A DNA stretch of 64,000 nt from Candidatus Terraquivivens tengchongensis. Lineage in GTDB: Archaea > Thermoproteota > Nitrososphaeria_A > Caldarchaeales > Wolframiiraptoraceae. The position numbers and the translations under genes are program-made. The stretch covers positions 69,693-133,692 of the forward strand of contig JALNJZ010000004.1 of assembly GCA_023261845.1 (NCBI GenBank), written 5' to 3'. This document shows positions 37,902-48,423 of this stretch, one piece after another. A model generated the notes under the pieces. It searched no databases. It was not told the DNA's origin and worked only from the letters and a program-made list of their open reading frames with translations. The number at the start of each line of letters is the position of its first letter. The first letter of the stretch is position 1.

Positions 37902-38198
37902 ATGAGTCCGGAATTAAGGGCGATGCTTGATTTTGCAATACTTGACATCAGGGAGATGAACAGCATTGAGGCGGTTATGGATAGGATGACCAGAAGGATA
38001 CTTGACCTAACTAGACGCTATATCACAATTCTAGATTGCACATCAGGGACAAGGCCGGCTGGCATAGCCTATTATGCCATTGCTGACAAGCTCAAAACGC
38101 CCCTGATATATGTCTACGCTGATGAAAAAAGAATTTATTGGCTCAAAAACCGCAGAACGCTTATCACAGAGCTAAATTTACAGCACATAAAATCATAA
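37902..38198 (+). CDS. small protein with a CARF-like DxTxGxR motif
   Basis: ILDCTSGTRPAGIAYY. The same frame stays open upstream to 37821 (PPSRGGITIDKILVATTKDAIEEW), so the gene may be frameshifted or fused with the wHTH gene. Confidence 0.35.
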   Translation: MSPELRAMLDFAILDIREMNSIEAVMDRMTRRILDLTRRYITILDCTSGTRPAGIAYYAIADKLKTPLIYVYADEKRIYWLKNRRTLITELNLQHIKS

Positions 38199-38425
38199 CC
38201 TCTCTAAGACGGCTGAACCTTAAGAACTGTTCTTAATTCTCTTTTTGGGATTGAGAGCATATATCAAGACTCATGATAATTTTTAATCCTAACTTTATTC
38301 ATAATAAGGAGCATTCTTTGAAATGTAATAGGCACCATTACCTATAGAAAGATTTTATTTTTAAATATGTTAAAAACTTTAGCAGAGAGGTTGTGTAGCC
38401 TCGAAATCGTGAAGGAGATTGTAAC

Positions 38426-38827
38426 ATGGAAAAAACTTTAGGACCGAAAAGGATTCCTTTATTCATCGCAAAGATTATCTTCTTCGTTTATGGCATCGTG
38501 TGGACCCTTAAACGACGTTCAGCCAAGTCGATGAAAGATGTCTACGAGCTTTTTTACTTGGATTTTCTTAGATTGAACGAAAAAGATGTAGAGGTCGTTA
38601 AGCTTGACGATGACGTACTCATCACGCGCTGCAAAAATCCGTGTCCAATTCTTAATCTATCCCTTTCGCTTAAAGTTGACACAAAAATATCCTGCAAGAT
38701 TGTATCCGAGCCCGTTTGTAAATACGTGCTACGCAAGCTAAATCCAAGGCTGGCGTTCGAAAGAAATTACGGGCACATAAGACCTTACAGCGAGAGTTGT
38801 GAGGAAACAATTTACTGGAAAAATTGA
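38426..38827 (+). CDS. hypothetical protein
   Basis: 133-aa ORF. No recognisable motif. Confidence 0.3.
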   Translation: MEKTLGPKRIPLFIAKIIFFVYGIVWTLKRRSAKSMKDVYELFYLDFLRLNEKDVEVVKLDDDVLITRCKNPCPILNLSLSLKVDTKISCKIVSEPVCKYVLRKLNPRLAFERNYGHIRPYSESCEETIYWKN

Positions 38828-38832
38828 GGCCA

Positions 38833-40299
38833 CTAAACGTCAAAGTAAAGGTAAAACTCATAGGGATGCGGTCTCAGAGAAACCTCCAAGTGTTGCCTTC
38901 TTGCCATATCCACTAGGACATCCACGAGTGAGTCGTCAAAAACCGGCTTTAAAAACTCCCTATCGCTCTCTAGACACTCCACAGCTTCAATCAAACTTCC
39001 AGGTAACTGCTTTATTCCCAATAGCGCTCTCTTCTCCGGAGACATCTTGTATATGTCCTCATCCACTGGATCGCCGCAATCTATCTTCCTCTTTATACCG
39101 TCTAAGCCTGCCATCAGTACTGCTGCAAAACACAAGTATGGGTTACAAGACGGGTCTGGTGTCCTGAACTCTATCCTCTTCTTTGATGCATTTGATTTAC
39201 CCACATGGTATACAGGTATCCTGATGTTCGCGGACCTGTTGGCCCTGCTCCACGCTATGAAGACCGGCGCCTCATAACCTGGAACGAGTCTCCTGTAAGA
39301 GTTGGTAGTGGGTGCGACTATTGCAGCCAAAGCCCTGCTGTGCTCTAGAAGACCACCGCAGAAGTATCTACCAATTTGACTCAGCTCGGCGTACGTGTCG
39401 TCTGGGTCATAGAACGCATTCTGGCCGTCCTTCCATAAACTACAATGCACATGCATTCCGGATGCGTTGTCCATGAAAACTGGCTTTGGCATCATAGTGG
39501 CCACGAGCCCCATCTGATGTGCGACGTTCTTGACGACGTACTTGAGCGTCATCGATTTGTCGGCCATCCTAGTTAAGGTGTCGTACTTCATATCTATCTC
39601 GCATTGACCTGCCGTCGCGACTTCATGATGGTGAGCCTCCACTTCTATTCCGAAGTAGTCAGTAAGTATCCTTGCGCATTCGTTCCTAAAATCCATCAAA
39701 GTATCTTGGGGCGGAGCTGGGTAGTAACCCTCCTTAAACCTTATCGGGTATCCTGTGCCAACTGACCACGGAGCCTCCTTAGATTCTATGCTGTAGCTCT
39801 GACCTCTCGACGGAGTCTGAACATCCCAGCAAACCTTGTCGAAGACAAAGAATTCTATCTCAGGCCCCCAAAATGACGTGTCAAAGCCCATCTTCTTGAG
39901 TTCTTCCTCGGCTCTTTGAGCAACGGCCCTCGGGTCCCTCTCAAACCTTCCTTTCCCGAGTCCCCAATAGACGTCGCACAACATCCTAGCGGTCTTCGTT
40001 GAATTTGCTGACCAGGGAATTATGGCGAACGTGGATGCATCAGGTTTGAGAACCATATCGGACTCTTGTATCTCGACGAAGCCCCTTATCGATGAACCGT
40101 CGAGTTTGGGAACGCCGACCTCAAATGTCTGCTCGTCAAGGTACTCGGTTGTGATGGTTACATGCTGGAGCTTTCCGGGAATGTCTGTGAATTGAAGGTC
40201 TATGAACCTTATGCCCTCCCTCTTTAAGAGTTCCATGATCTTATCGACCTGACGTGTAGACTCTTCCTTTTTTTCCGCAGGGTGCTCGAGTATTTTCAT
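38833..40299 (-). CDS. glnA: glutamine synthetase type I
   Basis: GS beta-grasp and catalytic domains over the full 488 aa (IRFIDLQFTDIPGKLQHV...). TAG stop. Confidence 0.9.
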   Translation of the reverse strand: MKILEHPAEKKEESTRQVDKIMELLKREGIRFIDLQFTDIPGKLQHVTITTEYLDEQTFEVGVPKLDGSSIRGFVEIQESDMVLKPDASTFAIIPWSANSTKTARMLCDVYWGLGKGRFERDPRAVAQRAEEELKKMGFDTSFWGPEIEFFVFDKVCWDVQTPSRGQSYSIESKEAPWSVGTGYPIRFKEGYYPAPPQDTLMDFRNECARILTDYFGIEVEAHHHEVATAGQCEIDMKYDTLTRMADKSMTLKYVVKNVAHQMGLVATMMPKPVFMDNASGMHVHCSLWKDGQNAFYDPDDTYAELSQIGRYFCGGLLEHSRALAAIVAPTTNSYRRLVPGYEAPVFIAWSRANRSANIRIPVYHVGKSNASKKRIEFRTPDPSCNPYLCFAAVLMAGLDGIKRKIDCGDPVDEDIYKMSPEKRALLGIKQLPGSLIEAVECLESDREFLKPVFDDSLVDVLVDMARRQHLEVSLRPHPYEFYLYFDV

Positions 40300-40570
40300 A
40301 AACTTTCACCTGTATATTTTTATACCCTTTTTCTAAACAAATAGAATATTTAAACTTTTTTTCTGAACGTTTGTATCGGTTTTATAAAATAAATGAACAT
40401 TTGTTTAGTTACCGTCCGATTTAGGAAGTATTCTTATCCTCGCGGATTTTTGGGTTAGAACACCATAATCAATCTCCCCTATTAGGTTTATAAAAACTTT
40501 GGAGTCGTGGCCAACGATTGAACTAGCCCCAATACTGAGCAGCTAAGGAGGACTTCTGAAGCTAGATTAA

Positions 40571-41365
40571 GTGATTCAAGGTATGAACAAAACCTTTTTG
40601 AATAAGGCATGCATAATAAAACAGGAAATGGTCGAAAGAGTCGTAACAGGCATATCAGGATTGGATGAAATACTTAATGGAGGGATTCCTAAAAGGAATG
40701 TAGTTTTGCTCTCCGGTGGACCTGGTACAGGAAAATCGATACTTGGTCAGCAATACCTTTACAACGGATTGCTTCGTGGAGAACCCGGAATACTGGTAGT
40801 TTTGGAGGAGCACCCGGTACAAGTAAGAATATCCATGTCTCAGTTTGGATGGGATGTGAGGGTATACGAAGAGAAGAACGTATTCGCGATAGTTGACGCG
40901 TTCACAGCAGGAATAGGTGAGGGGGCGAAAAGGGAAAAGTATGTCGTAAGGGACCCGGGGGATTTTCAAGTTCTACTAGATGTCGTAAGAGATGCTATAA
41001 AGGACGTGAATGCGGAAAGGGCCGTAGTAGATTCTGTCTCGACGTTATACATAACAAAACCTGCCATGGCTAGGAGCATGGTTCTACAGTTGAAGAAAGT
41101 CCTGTCCGGGATGGGTTGTACTTCGATACTAATCTCTCAAGTAAGTGTGACTGAGAGGGGATTTGGTGGTCCGGGTGTAGAGCACGCTGCTGATGGCATA
41201 ATCAGGCTCGATTTGGATGAGGTTGACGGAGAATTGAAGCGCAGCATAATCATCTGGAAGATGCGCGGCACATCGCATTCCATGAGGCGGCATCCATTCG
41301 TTATAACCAATAAGGGGATAGAGATAAGAGCGGCCGAGACTATAAAGGTTGGTGAAAGAGCATGA
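40571..41365 (+). CDS. KaiC-like RecA-superfamily ATPase
   Basis: Walker A GGPGTGKS and Walker B VVDSVSTL. 264 aa. Confidence 0.7.
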   Translation: MIQGMNKTFLNKACIIKQEMVERVVTGISGLDEILNGGIPKRNVVLLSGGPGTGKSILGQQYLYNGLLRGEPGILVVLEEHPVQVRISMSQFGWDVRVYEEKNVFAIVDAFTAGIGEGAKREKYVVRDPGDFQVLLDVVRDAIKDVNAERAVVDSVSTLYITKPAMARSMVLQLKKVLSGMGCTSILISQVSVTERGFGGPGVEHAADGIIRLDLDEVDGELKRSIIIWKMRGTSHSMRRHPFVITNKGIEIRAAETIKVGERA

Positions 41366-41829
41366 GCGAAGAAATCTCCCTCTCGCCCTTAGGTAAGGAA
41401 CAGATACACAAGCTCGAGTCTGCTCTCTTGATAGGTACGATACTTAGGAGCGACGTACTGGAAGAATTGAAAGACCCTTCGGAAAGGTTGACGTGGGTTG
41501 ATTCGTTAGCAGTAGCGGCTGCGGCCATCGCAAGGGAAAGGGCCAAGATGACAGTATCGCAAATAGCCGAAGACATAGGCAGGAGCGAGGCGACTATAAG
41601 AAATCATCTTGCGGGCAAGACTAGGGCAGGCCAGTTAATTCGTCAAACATTGGAGAGGTTTGCCAAAGAAGGCGTAAAGATAGAATTGCCATCAATTTCG
41701 GCAAAAGAGTTGGAAGATTTAAAGAAGCAACTGGAAGAAGAAAGAGAGAAAGTGAAAAGGTTGGAGGCATTGATCAGTGAAGTGAAGAGCTCGCTAAACA
41801 CTCTCATAGATAAGCTAGAAAAAGCGTAA
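41362..41829 (+). CDS. HTH and coiled-coil protein, translationally coupled to the KaiC-like gene
   Basis: [22 protein letters not shown] helix-turn-helix, then heptad-rich [31 protein letters not shown] overlap. Confidence 0.45.
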   Translation: MSEEISLSPLGKEQIHKLESALLIGTILRSDVLEELKDPSERLTWVDSLAVAAAAIARERAKMTVSQIAEDIGRSEATIRNHLAGKTRAGQLIRQTLERFAKEGVKIELPSISAKELEDLKKQLEEEREKVKRLEALISEVKSSLNTLIDKLEKA

Positions 41830-41937
41830 CGTATATTCTTACCTCTTTACTCATTTCAACCCGTAGAATTATAAGCGGAATGTACAAAAACGATACACTT
41901 TATGTAAGGTCGGACGAAAAATGAAGATTATAGTAGG

Positions 41938-43260
41938 TTATCCCTTTTTCTTTCTAAGAAGTTTGTAAAGAGTTCCTAGAACTACAACGGCCGTCAGATA
42001 TGGCGCAAATTGGATAAGTTTTTGCTGGACTTCCACGTTTGCTATGCTTGTTGGGTATACGATGTATCCTCCGACCATAGAAGGTGCAGCTAGTGGATTT
42101 GACCCTGCGTTGACTTCTGCTCCATCGCTTATTCCATCTCCATCGGTATCTGGATTCCGAGGATTGCTTCCTACCACGAACTCTCTGAAGTTAGATAGCC
42201 CATCACCATCCGGATCCGAATTTCTATCGTTTGGATCATTTGGGTCTAAACCGTTTTCCTTTTCCCAATAATCTGACATTCCATCTCCATCATTATCAGT
42301 GATGAAATATCGAAAGATGAATTCCCTATGCCCTACTGCCCATCCATCTTTAGAAGAGACCATATGTAGACCGCGTAACATCTCATATCTCCCAAGAGGT
42401 TCGATGGACCAAACTGGCGTTGGTGTTGACCCATCCCAATGGAAGATATGAGGTTCACCGCCTCCTACAATCCATCCATCATTACCGCTTACCATGTAAA
42501 TCTCTCGGAGGTTCACACTATAAGCTGGCCAAAGGAATGAGGATTGCTCCCACGTAGTTCCATCCCAGTGATATATGCTCACCGAGCCGACGGCCCAAAC
42601 ATCATTAGAACTTACCATAAACACTGAGTTCAGAAAACTTGCAAGTGAGATATAGTGCTTTGTCCATGTTGATCCGTCCCAATGAAGTGTTACAGCCCCT
42701 AGCATAGGGTTATCTTTCTCATGTTCTCCAACTACCCATCCATCGCTCGAGGATAACATATGTACTGATTTTAGATGTGCCGACGTGGGACTCGAAACGG
42801 AGCTCCATGACGCACCATTCCAGCGAAGGATTGTTCCATTACCTCCAACGACCCAACCATCGTTTGCAGATACCATGTAAATCAAGTATAACCAATTGCT
42901 CTGAATGGAGCGTACTAAATGCCATGCTGAGCCATCCCAATGAAGAATTATTCCTATACTTCTTGGACTGTATTCAAAACCAACTACCTACACGTCATTT
43001 TCGGAAAGGCAGAACACATCTGTTAACGTAGTGTAAACAGACACAACACTATCTGGAATTATAACGATACTCCATGAATTCCCATTCCATTTAAGAACGA
43101 TCTTACCATCCCCGACGGCATACCCAAGGTTACTGTCCGAAAGATGCACTGATTCTAACAATCCATCTGTTGGGCTAGGGAATTTGACCCAAGGATCATA
43201 TAGTCCTGCCAAGACAGTTATAGGCATGCTCAAAAGAAGACATAGAATCAAAGAAAGCAT
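41938..43260 (-). pseudogene. secreted beta-propeller (BNR/Ycf48-like repeats) plus thrombospondin-type-3 Ca-binding repeat surface protein, interrupted by an in-frame TAG at a conserved Trp codon
   Basis: Signal peptide MLSLILCLLLSMPITVLA. Repeats SxNDGWVVG / [10 protein letters not shown]3 repeats DNDGDGMSD...DPDGDGLSN...[10 protein letters not shown]-terminal TM. The two listed ORFs (42988..43260 and 41938..42885) are one frame, with TAG at 42988-42990 replacing the repeat Trp (ENDV*VVG). Confidence 0.6.
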
Positions 43261-43483
43261 TATTAAAGATGTTTTTACTTAACAAAATTTTCACCTAAGC
43301 TTTTATTAATTTTTTAATTTTTTTGAATATTTAAAATTTTTCCTGAGGTTGGATCGAAGTTTTCCGTTAATCCTATTTAAGGAGGCAATTTGCTCAATAA
43401 GTTGAAGGACTTACTGAACGTTTTCGTGAAAGGGCTATAAAAGTGCAATAAGTGCCCAAATACGGTCTAACGACAAGGATTAT

Positions 43484-44608
43484 GTGGAACTACAAGCGAT
43501 TTATAAAAATGTTTATAGTGAGTTATCTGAGCTGATAACTCGGAGGGAGATAATGGTCCAAAAAGATTTACCGCGAATTGGGAAGTTGGCACCAGACATC
43601 TTCAACGAGACAATATTTCCCAAGACGGGGACTCCAGACCGTGACTTATTGGTCGGTCCAAGGCATGGTTTTGATGCAGCTGTTTTAAAGGTCGGAGACA
43701 GAGTAATGGTTGTCGCGGAAGACCCAACGTTCGGTGTTCCATCTTGGGGTTGGAGGCAGTTCGGATGGGGCATAGTTCATATATGTGCCAGTGACGTCGC
43801 AGTTTTCGGTGTGAGACCGAAGTACATGACGATATGCCTGCTACTGCCACCAAACACGCAGCGAGGCGTTCTGGAGGAGATATGGAACTCGATACATGAG
43901 GAGTGTGTTAGGCTTGGTATAACGATCGTTGGAGGGCACACTGGTGTTTATGGAGGAATATCGTATCCATTAAACGGAGGATGTACTGTATGGGGGTTTG
44001 CCGAAGATGGTAAGTACGTTACGCCGGGAGGTGCTCGAGTCGGTGACAAGATCTTGATCACGAAGGGCGCAGCGATCGAAGCCACTGCGATTCTTGCGCT
44101 ACAATATCCTAAAACGCTCACGAGGGTTTTTGGTTCTTCATTCGTCAAGAGGGCGCAGGACATGTATTGGCAGATGTCGGTCGTTGAGGATGCTCTTACA
44201 GCCTTCGATGCCGGAGGAGTTACGGCGATGCATGATGCGACTGAAGGAGGAGTTCTTGGAGGAATTTACGAGGTTGCTGAAGCAAGCAATGTTGGGGTCA
44301 AGATATATTTGAACAGGATAAGGGTCCCTGAGGAAGCTAGGAAGATATGTGATTTCTTTAGAATAGACCCATACAAATCAATTAGCGAGGGGACGCTCGT
44401 ATTGACCGTGAGACCAAACAGTGTAGAAAACGTTATGAACGCTCTGAAGAGTAAAGGCATAGAGGCCATGGTTATCGGTGAGGTGACGGAGCTAAAACAT
44501 GGACGAAGAGTCATCTCAGAGGACGGTAAGGAGCTCGAGCTAGAATTTCCAGAGGAAGATCCATTTTGGAAGGTATTCTTTGAAACTTTAGAGAAACCTG
44601 ACATTTGA
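43484..44608 (+). CDS. AIR synthase-related (PurM-superfamily) protein, possibly a thiamine-monophosphate kinase-like enzyme
   Basis: GFDAAVLKVGDRVMVVAEDP N-domain and a PurM C-domain. 374 aa. Confidence 0.45.
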   Translation: MELQAIYKNVYSELSELITRREIMVQKDLPRIGKLAPDIFNETIFPKTGTPDRDLLVGPRHGFDAAVLKVGDRVMVVAEDPTFGVPSWGWRQFGWGIVHICASDVAVFGVRPKYMTICLLLPPNTQRGVLEEIWNSIHEECVRLGITIVGGHTGVYGGISYPLNGGCTVWGFAEDGKYVTPGGARVGDKILITKGAAIEATAILALQYPKTLTRVFGSSFVKRAQDMYWQMSVVEDALTAFDAGGVTAMHDATEGGVLGGIYEVAEASNVGVKIYLNRIRVPEEARKICDFFRIDPYKSISEGTLVLTVRPNSVENVMNALKSKGIEAMVIGEVTELKHGRRVISEDGKELELEFPEEDPFWKVFFETLEKPDI

Positions 44609-44616
44609 AATGTTAG

Positions 44617-45225
44617 GTGTTGTGGATGATCTACCAAATTGAGCAGGAAAAAGACATCATTCTAGGGAACCTAGTTAGGGCTGTGCATATACTTGAATCA
44701 TCAGAATACTTTGGGCTCCTTATACCAGAGGTTAGGGTTAACATCGTGTATTCTATGGAGAACGCATCATGCCCTGATGAAGTTGCAGGAATAGATGGAC
44801 GAATAACCTTAGTAAACGGTAAGGTCAAGGCCGCAGGGTATCCAAGGTTTGGAGCGTCCGATCACATGGCAAGGCTCATAATAGAGGTTAGAAAGTACGA
44901 CAGGAGTTATAGGGCTGGAATAAACTTTGCATGGACGCCTGAACTATCAACTTTCTTGGAAGAATATTGTAAGGGAAGAGGCTGGGATTATGCTGGAATA
45001 GATAGAAGGATGGAACCTGAAGAGTTTTCATCGGTAGAGAGAAGGAGTATGCCGTGGAAGATAAAAACACTCGTAGAAATATGTGGAGGTAAAGTGCCGA
45101 AGGTATTCTACGAGGGGCCTGGCTTGGGTAAGGAACCTCTTACTGTGCTGCTAGGAAAGGATGCTGTAGAGGTAGCTACCGAGGTAGCTGAAATATCCAA
45201 ACAGTATGCCTCAAGGTGTAAGTAA
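44617..45225 (+). CDS. ThiN-type thiamine-phosphate synthase domain protein
   Basis: LIPEVRVNIVYSMENA...GRITLVNGKVKAAGYPRFGASDHMARLI resembles the ThiN domain. Confidence 0.45.
   Translation: MLWMIYQIEQEKDIILGNLVRAVHILESSEYFGLLIPEVRVNIVYSMENASCPDEVAGIDGRITLVNGKVKAAGYPRFGASDHMARLIIEVRKYDRSYRAGINFAWTPELSTFLEEYCKGRGWDYAGIDRRMEPEEFSSVERRSMPWKIKTLVEICGGKVPKVFYEGPGLGKEPLTVLLGKDAVEVATEVAEISKQYASRCK
45169..45225 (+). repeat. 3'-terminal 57 bp of the ThiN-like gene; a diverged copy is at 48700..48757
   Basis: ggtagctaccgaggtagctgaaatatcc... encodes VATEVAEISKQYASRCK. Confidence 0.55.
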
Positions 45226-45333
45226 GCGCACGTCAATTTTGAGGGGACTGGCATGTTCATCTATGAAGGGGCTATGCCAAAGTTAGGCACCGATAATTTA
45301 ATATTACTTTAATAACGTTAATTTTTCATATGT

Positions 45334-46119
45334 ATGAGTGTGGGCGATGTGAACCACATATCTACTGGGAGCGTGGAACTTGATTCGGTTCTTGGCGGTG
45401 GTTTTCCAGCAGGCAGCCTAATTGTGGTTACTGGCCCTCCTGGTACTGGTAAGACTATTTTTGCAGTAAACTGGATTTATAACAATATCAAGAAATTTGG
45501 CGAGAAAGGTTTGTATGTGAATTTTGTTGAGGGACATAAGAGCTTTATCGAGAACATGCGTAGTTTGGGCTTAGATTTTGAGGAGCTTGAGCGCACTGGA
45601 AAGTTTAGGTTTCTGGAGAGCGTTACACTTAAGGAGAGCGGCATCCCAGCGATTTTTGAGCAGATACTAAGCGAAATTGTTAATACGAAGGCAAGCATGC
45701 TCGTCATAGATTCTTTCTCGGCGATATCACAAGTTATGGAAAAACCCTACGAGGCACGCATATTCGCCCACACAATTCTGAGTAAGATTGTTAGGGATAT
45801 GGGATGCACGACGATGCTCATAATCGAAAAAGCAGGTGTTGAAGAAAACTATGAGGTGACAGAATTCTTATCGGACTTCATAATCAACCTCTCTAAAACT
45901 GAGGTCAGCGGGGCCCTCTTAAGATACTTAAGGATACTTAAGGCTCGTGGAACGGAGATACGACAGCAACGATTGGCCTTCACGCTGAAAGATGGCTTTA
46001 ACGTCTTCAAACCGGTATCTATAAGCGGTCTTCCCGAGTCGACAAAGAAATTTAAGATTGTACCGCATGGTAATTACTATTACTCTTCCGGTATTCAAGA
46101 TCTAGACAGAACAGAATAG
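45334..46119 (+). CDS. KaiC-like RecA-superfamily ATPase
   Basis: Walker A GPPGTGKT and Walker B LVIDSFSAI. 261 aa. Confidence 0.7.
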   Translation: MSVGDVNHISTGSVELDSVLGGGFPAGSLIVVTGPPGTGKTIFAVNWIYNNIKKFGEKGLYVNFVEGHKSFIENMRSLGLDFEELERTGKFRFLESVTLKESGIPAIFEQILSEIVNTKASMLVIDSFSAISQVMEKPYEARIFAHTILSKIVRDMGCTTMLIIEKAGVEENYEVTEFLSDFIINLSKTEVSGALLRYLRILKARGTEIRQQRLAFTLKDGFNVFKPVSISGLPESTKKFKIVPHGNYYYSSGIQDLDRTE

Positions 46120-46127
46120 TTGGTATA

Positions 46128-46766
46128 ATGTTTAGTAAAGGATGTTATAACCTCCTAGAGATTGAGAGGGATGTTACGTTACCACCTGAGCGTTTATTCC
46201 GGGTAACAGTCTCGAATGTGTTGAACCAAGGCGGTTGTGTTGTCATTCTTCCACCTCAGGGCCTAAGTGCATTAACGGTTTGGAATTCGCTTGAGTCATT
46301 CGTTTACAAAGATGCCCTGAACCGTAACCTTAAGATCGTTGACTTTAAAGCTACAGTCGTTGAGAAAGTTGAACCACATGCAATCCTCTTTGAGGGGAAG
46401 TCTTTGAGGGAGGATATGTTATGCTTTTGGAATGCAATCACAGATTTTAGGATAAAACATAACAGACCAGTTTTTACTATTGTTGGTTTTGATACGCTGG
46501 AATATGTTTATGGAAAGGAGGAAGTTCTGAAGATTTTAGGTGCCGATCTATCCAGAGTGAGAAACTTTGGCGATATAAGATTGAATATTATTAGATCTGA
46601 ATGTAACATAGTCGAGTCCTTAAGATCTCTGGCAAGCGTTCATCTTATTGTTAAGGAGTTATGCGGCGCATTCTTCCTTCAAGGAATAAAGCCAAAAACA
46701 CCACTATTAAACATCGACGTTCACATAGATGAAGAGACGGAGATCAGATTAACACCAGCACTATAG
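46128..46766 (+). CDS. hypothetical protein, partner of the KaiC-like ATPase
   Basis: 212 aa. Starts 8 bp after the KaiC-like stop. Confidence 0.35.
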   Translation: MFSKGCYNLLEIERDVTLPPERLFRVTVSNVLNQGGCVVILPPQGLSALTVWNSLESFVYKDALNRNLKIVDFKATVVEKVEPHAILFEGKSLREDMLCFWNAITDFRIKHNRPVFTIVGFDTLEYVYGKEEVLKILGADLSRVRNFGDIRLNIIRSECNIVESLRSLASVHLIVKELCGAFFLQGIKPKTPLLNIDVHIDEETEIRLTPAL

Positions 46767-46940
46767 TCGTTTTTCACAACCTCGGCTAAACCTTGAAGTA
46801 TATAATGCTTAGACTACACACTCGGGCTCGAGGTGAAGTTACAAAGTGTATTTTGGAGTGCAGATAAGCATGTGTCAATTACAGTATGGGTACTGAACGT
46901 AAGATTCAAATAAATGAAATCATTTCGTATCATATCGTAA

Positions 46941-47780
46941 ATGGTAAAGAAAAAGAAAACCTCAAAGAAGGATAGACCGGTTAAAAGAGTACGTCGACGT
47001 TTATTTTTGGTTGCGCTCATCTTGTTAGGAGTAGCATCAGTTGGTGCAACGTTCTGGCTCCTATATCCCAGACCATCGTCCGAGGTACCAATATCGCTAA
47101 ACTGTCCACAAGCGAGTAATGGAGAGAAAGTTGCTGCGATCATCGACGGTCTTTCTATCGACTTTCCGAATCAAGAGCTAATTGATGAATTAAAATCTCT
47201 ATTGTCGAGTAACGGCTATGTAGTCGATGTCTTCCAGGGTTCAGATGTGACGCTGAACCTTTACAGATGTATACCTTCTATGGGCTACGATCTAATAATC
47301 TTTAGAATCCACAGCGCCATCTTTAACCCTCAACTCGTTCCGAAGGAGGAGCTCTTTCCGGCCTTCTTTACCACTGAGGAATACAGCATGGAAAAATACT
47401 TGAATGAGCAGTTCAGCGGCTTAGTCGTTCCAGCAGTTCCAATAACACCGGGACTTTCATCAACGGAGACGACCCAATACTTTGCGGTAACGCCTGGGGT
47501 TTTCGTGCAAGCAAGCGGACGGTTTAAGAACACCGTGATAATCGTCTCAAGTTGCTTCAGCGCCATAACTGATAAAGCTGCCAAAGTATTCTTAGAAAAG
47601 GGTGCCTCGGCTTACATCGGCTGGAATGATCTAGTATCTGTTGAACACATGGACAGAGCTACGCTCCTCTTAGTCCAAGAAATAGTGAAAGGTACGAGCC
47701 CGTACGATGCGGTATCAAAAGTGAATACGACTTTAGGACCAGACCCTAACTCTGGAGGGCGGCTGCTGATATTCCGATGA
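46941..47780 (+). CDS. N-terminally anchored extracytoplasmic protein
   Basis: Basic N-terminus followed by a TM helix LFLVALILLGVASVGATFWLL. 279 aa. Confidence 0.4.
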   Translation: MVKKKKTSKKDRPVKRVRRRLFLVALILLGVASVGATFWLLYPRPSSEVPISLNCPQASNGEKVAAIIDGLSIDFPNQELIDELKSLLSSNGYVVDVFQGSDVTLNLYRCIPSMGYDLIIFRIHSAIFNPQLVPKEELFPAFFTTEEYSMEKYLNEQFSGLVVPAVPITPGLSSTETTQYFAVTPGVFVQASGRFKNTVIIVSSCFSAITDKAAKVFLEKGASAYIGWNDLVSVEHMDRATLLLVQEIVKGTSPYDAVSKVNTTLGPDPNSGGRLLIFR

Positions 47781-47787
47781 ATTTATA

Positions 47788-48294
47788 ATGTTAACCAATA
47801 ACCATCGCGTTTTAATTTTGCTATTGTTCGTTTTAACGTTATCAGTAAGTGCAGCCTTTGTGCCGAGCGTTGCAAGCCAACCTATATGACCTTCTGATAC
47901 GCAATGGATCTGGATCGATTATGATAAAAACGAGGACGGGCCACAGGATGACTGGGGGGATGTCAAAAACGCATATTACTATTATGACGGAACTTATCTG
48001 TATCTAAGGCTGGAGTGTTATGCTGCACCAGGCTCAAAGTGGCCGGCAGACAATGCACGTTACAAGCGGTTCATCAACATAACGCAAGTGCTCTACATGA
48101 GCGGAGGAAACATAATCGGCGCAAAGTATCTATTATTCGTGGAGGATACAGACGATGATGGAACTGGCGAGATATACTTGCTCAAAGATATTATTCTTGA
48201 TGGAAAGTTTGATGAATATGGCCCCGGGCAGGCATACGATTCTATTGGTGTCTTTAACGGAAATGGGGACGGAAAAATTTCGCAGAGAGTTTAA
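47788..48294 (+). pseudogene. small secreted protein gene interrupted by an in-frame TGA (47887-47889)
   Basis: Signal peptide MLTNNHRVLILLLFVLTLSVSAAFVPSVASQPI, then TGA, then the same frame continues PSDTQWIWIDYDKNEDG...DTDDDGTGE... to the stop at 48294. Confidence 0.5.
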
Positions 48295-48423
48295 GTTTTA
48301 AAGTTTGATTTCCGCATCCTCATAGGCAAGGCGTATTAATATTGTTTTCAAACTCTTTCTATGTAGTTTATCGCATGCATTTGTTTGCCTATCTTCGTGA
48401 TGAACACAAGCTTCCTATTGATT

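Noticed and set aside
33828-38425. CRISPR repeat-spacer array near the cas genes
   Set aside because: I read through all intergenic stretches in and around the cas island and the rest of the window. No regularly spaced direct repeats of 24-40 bp were found.
47887-47889. In-frame TGA as selenocysteine, and the in-frame TAGs as pyrrolysine
   Set aside because: TGA and TAG are used as ordinary stops by neighbouring genes (mcm and hel308 end in TGA, glnA ends in TAG). No SECIS-like or PYLIS-like context was seen. The amber in the propeller protein replaces a conserved Trp codon, consistent with a simple TGG to TAG mutation.
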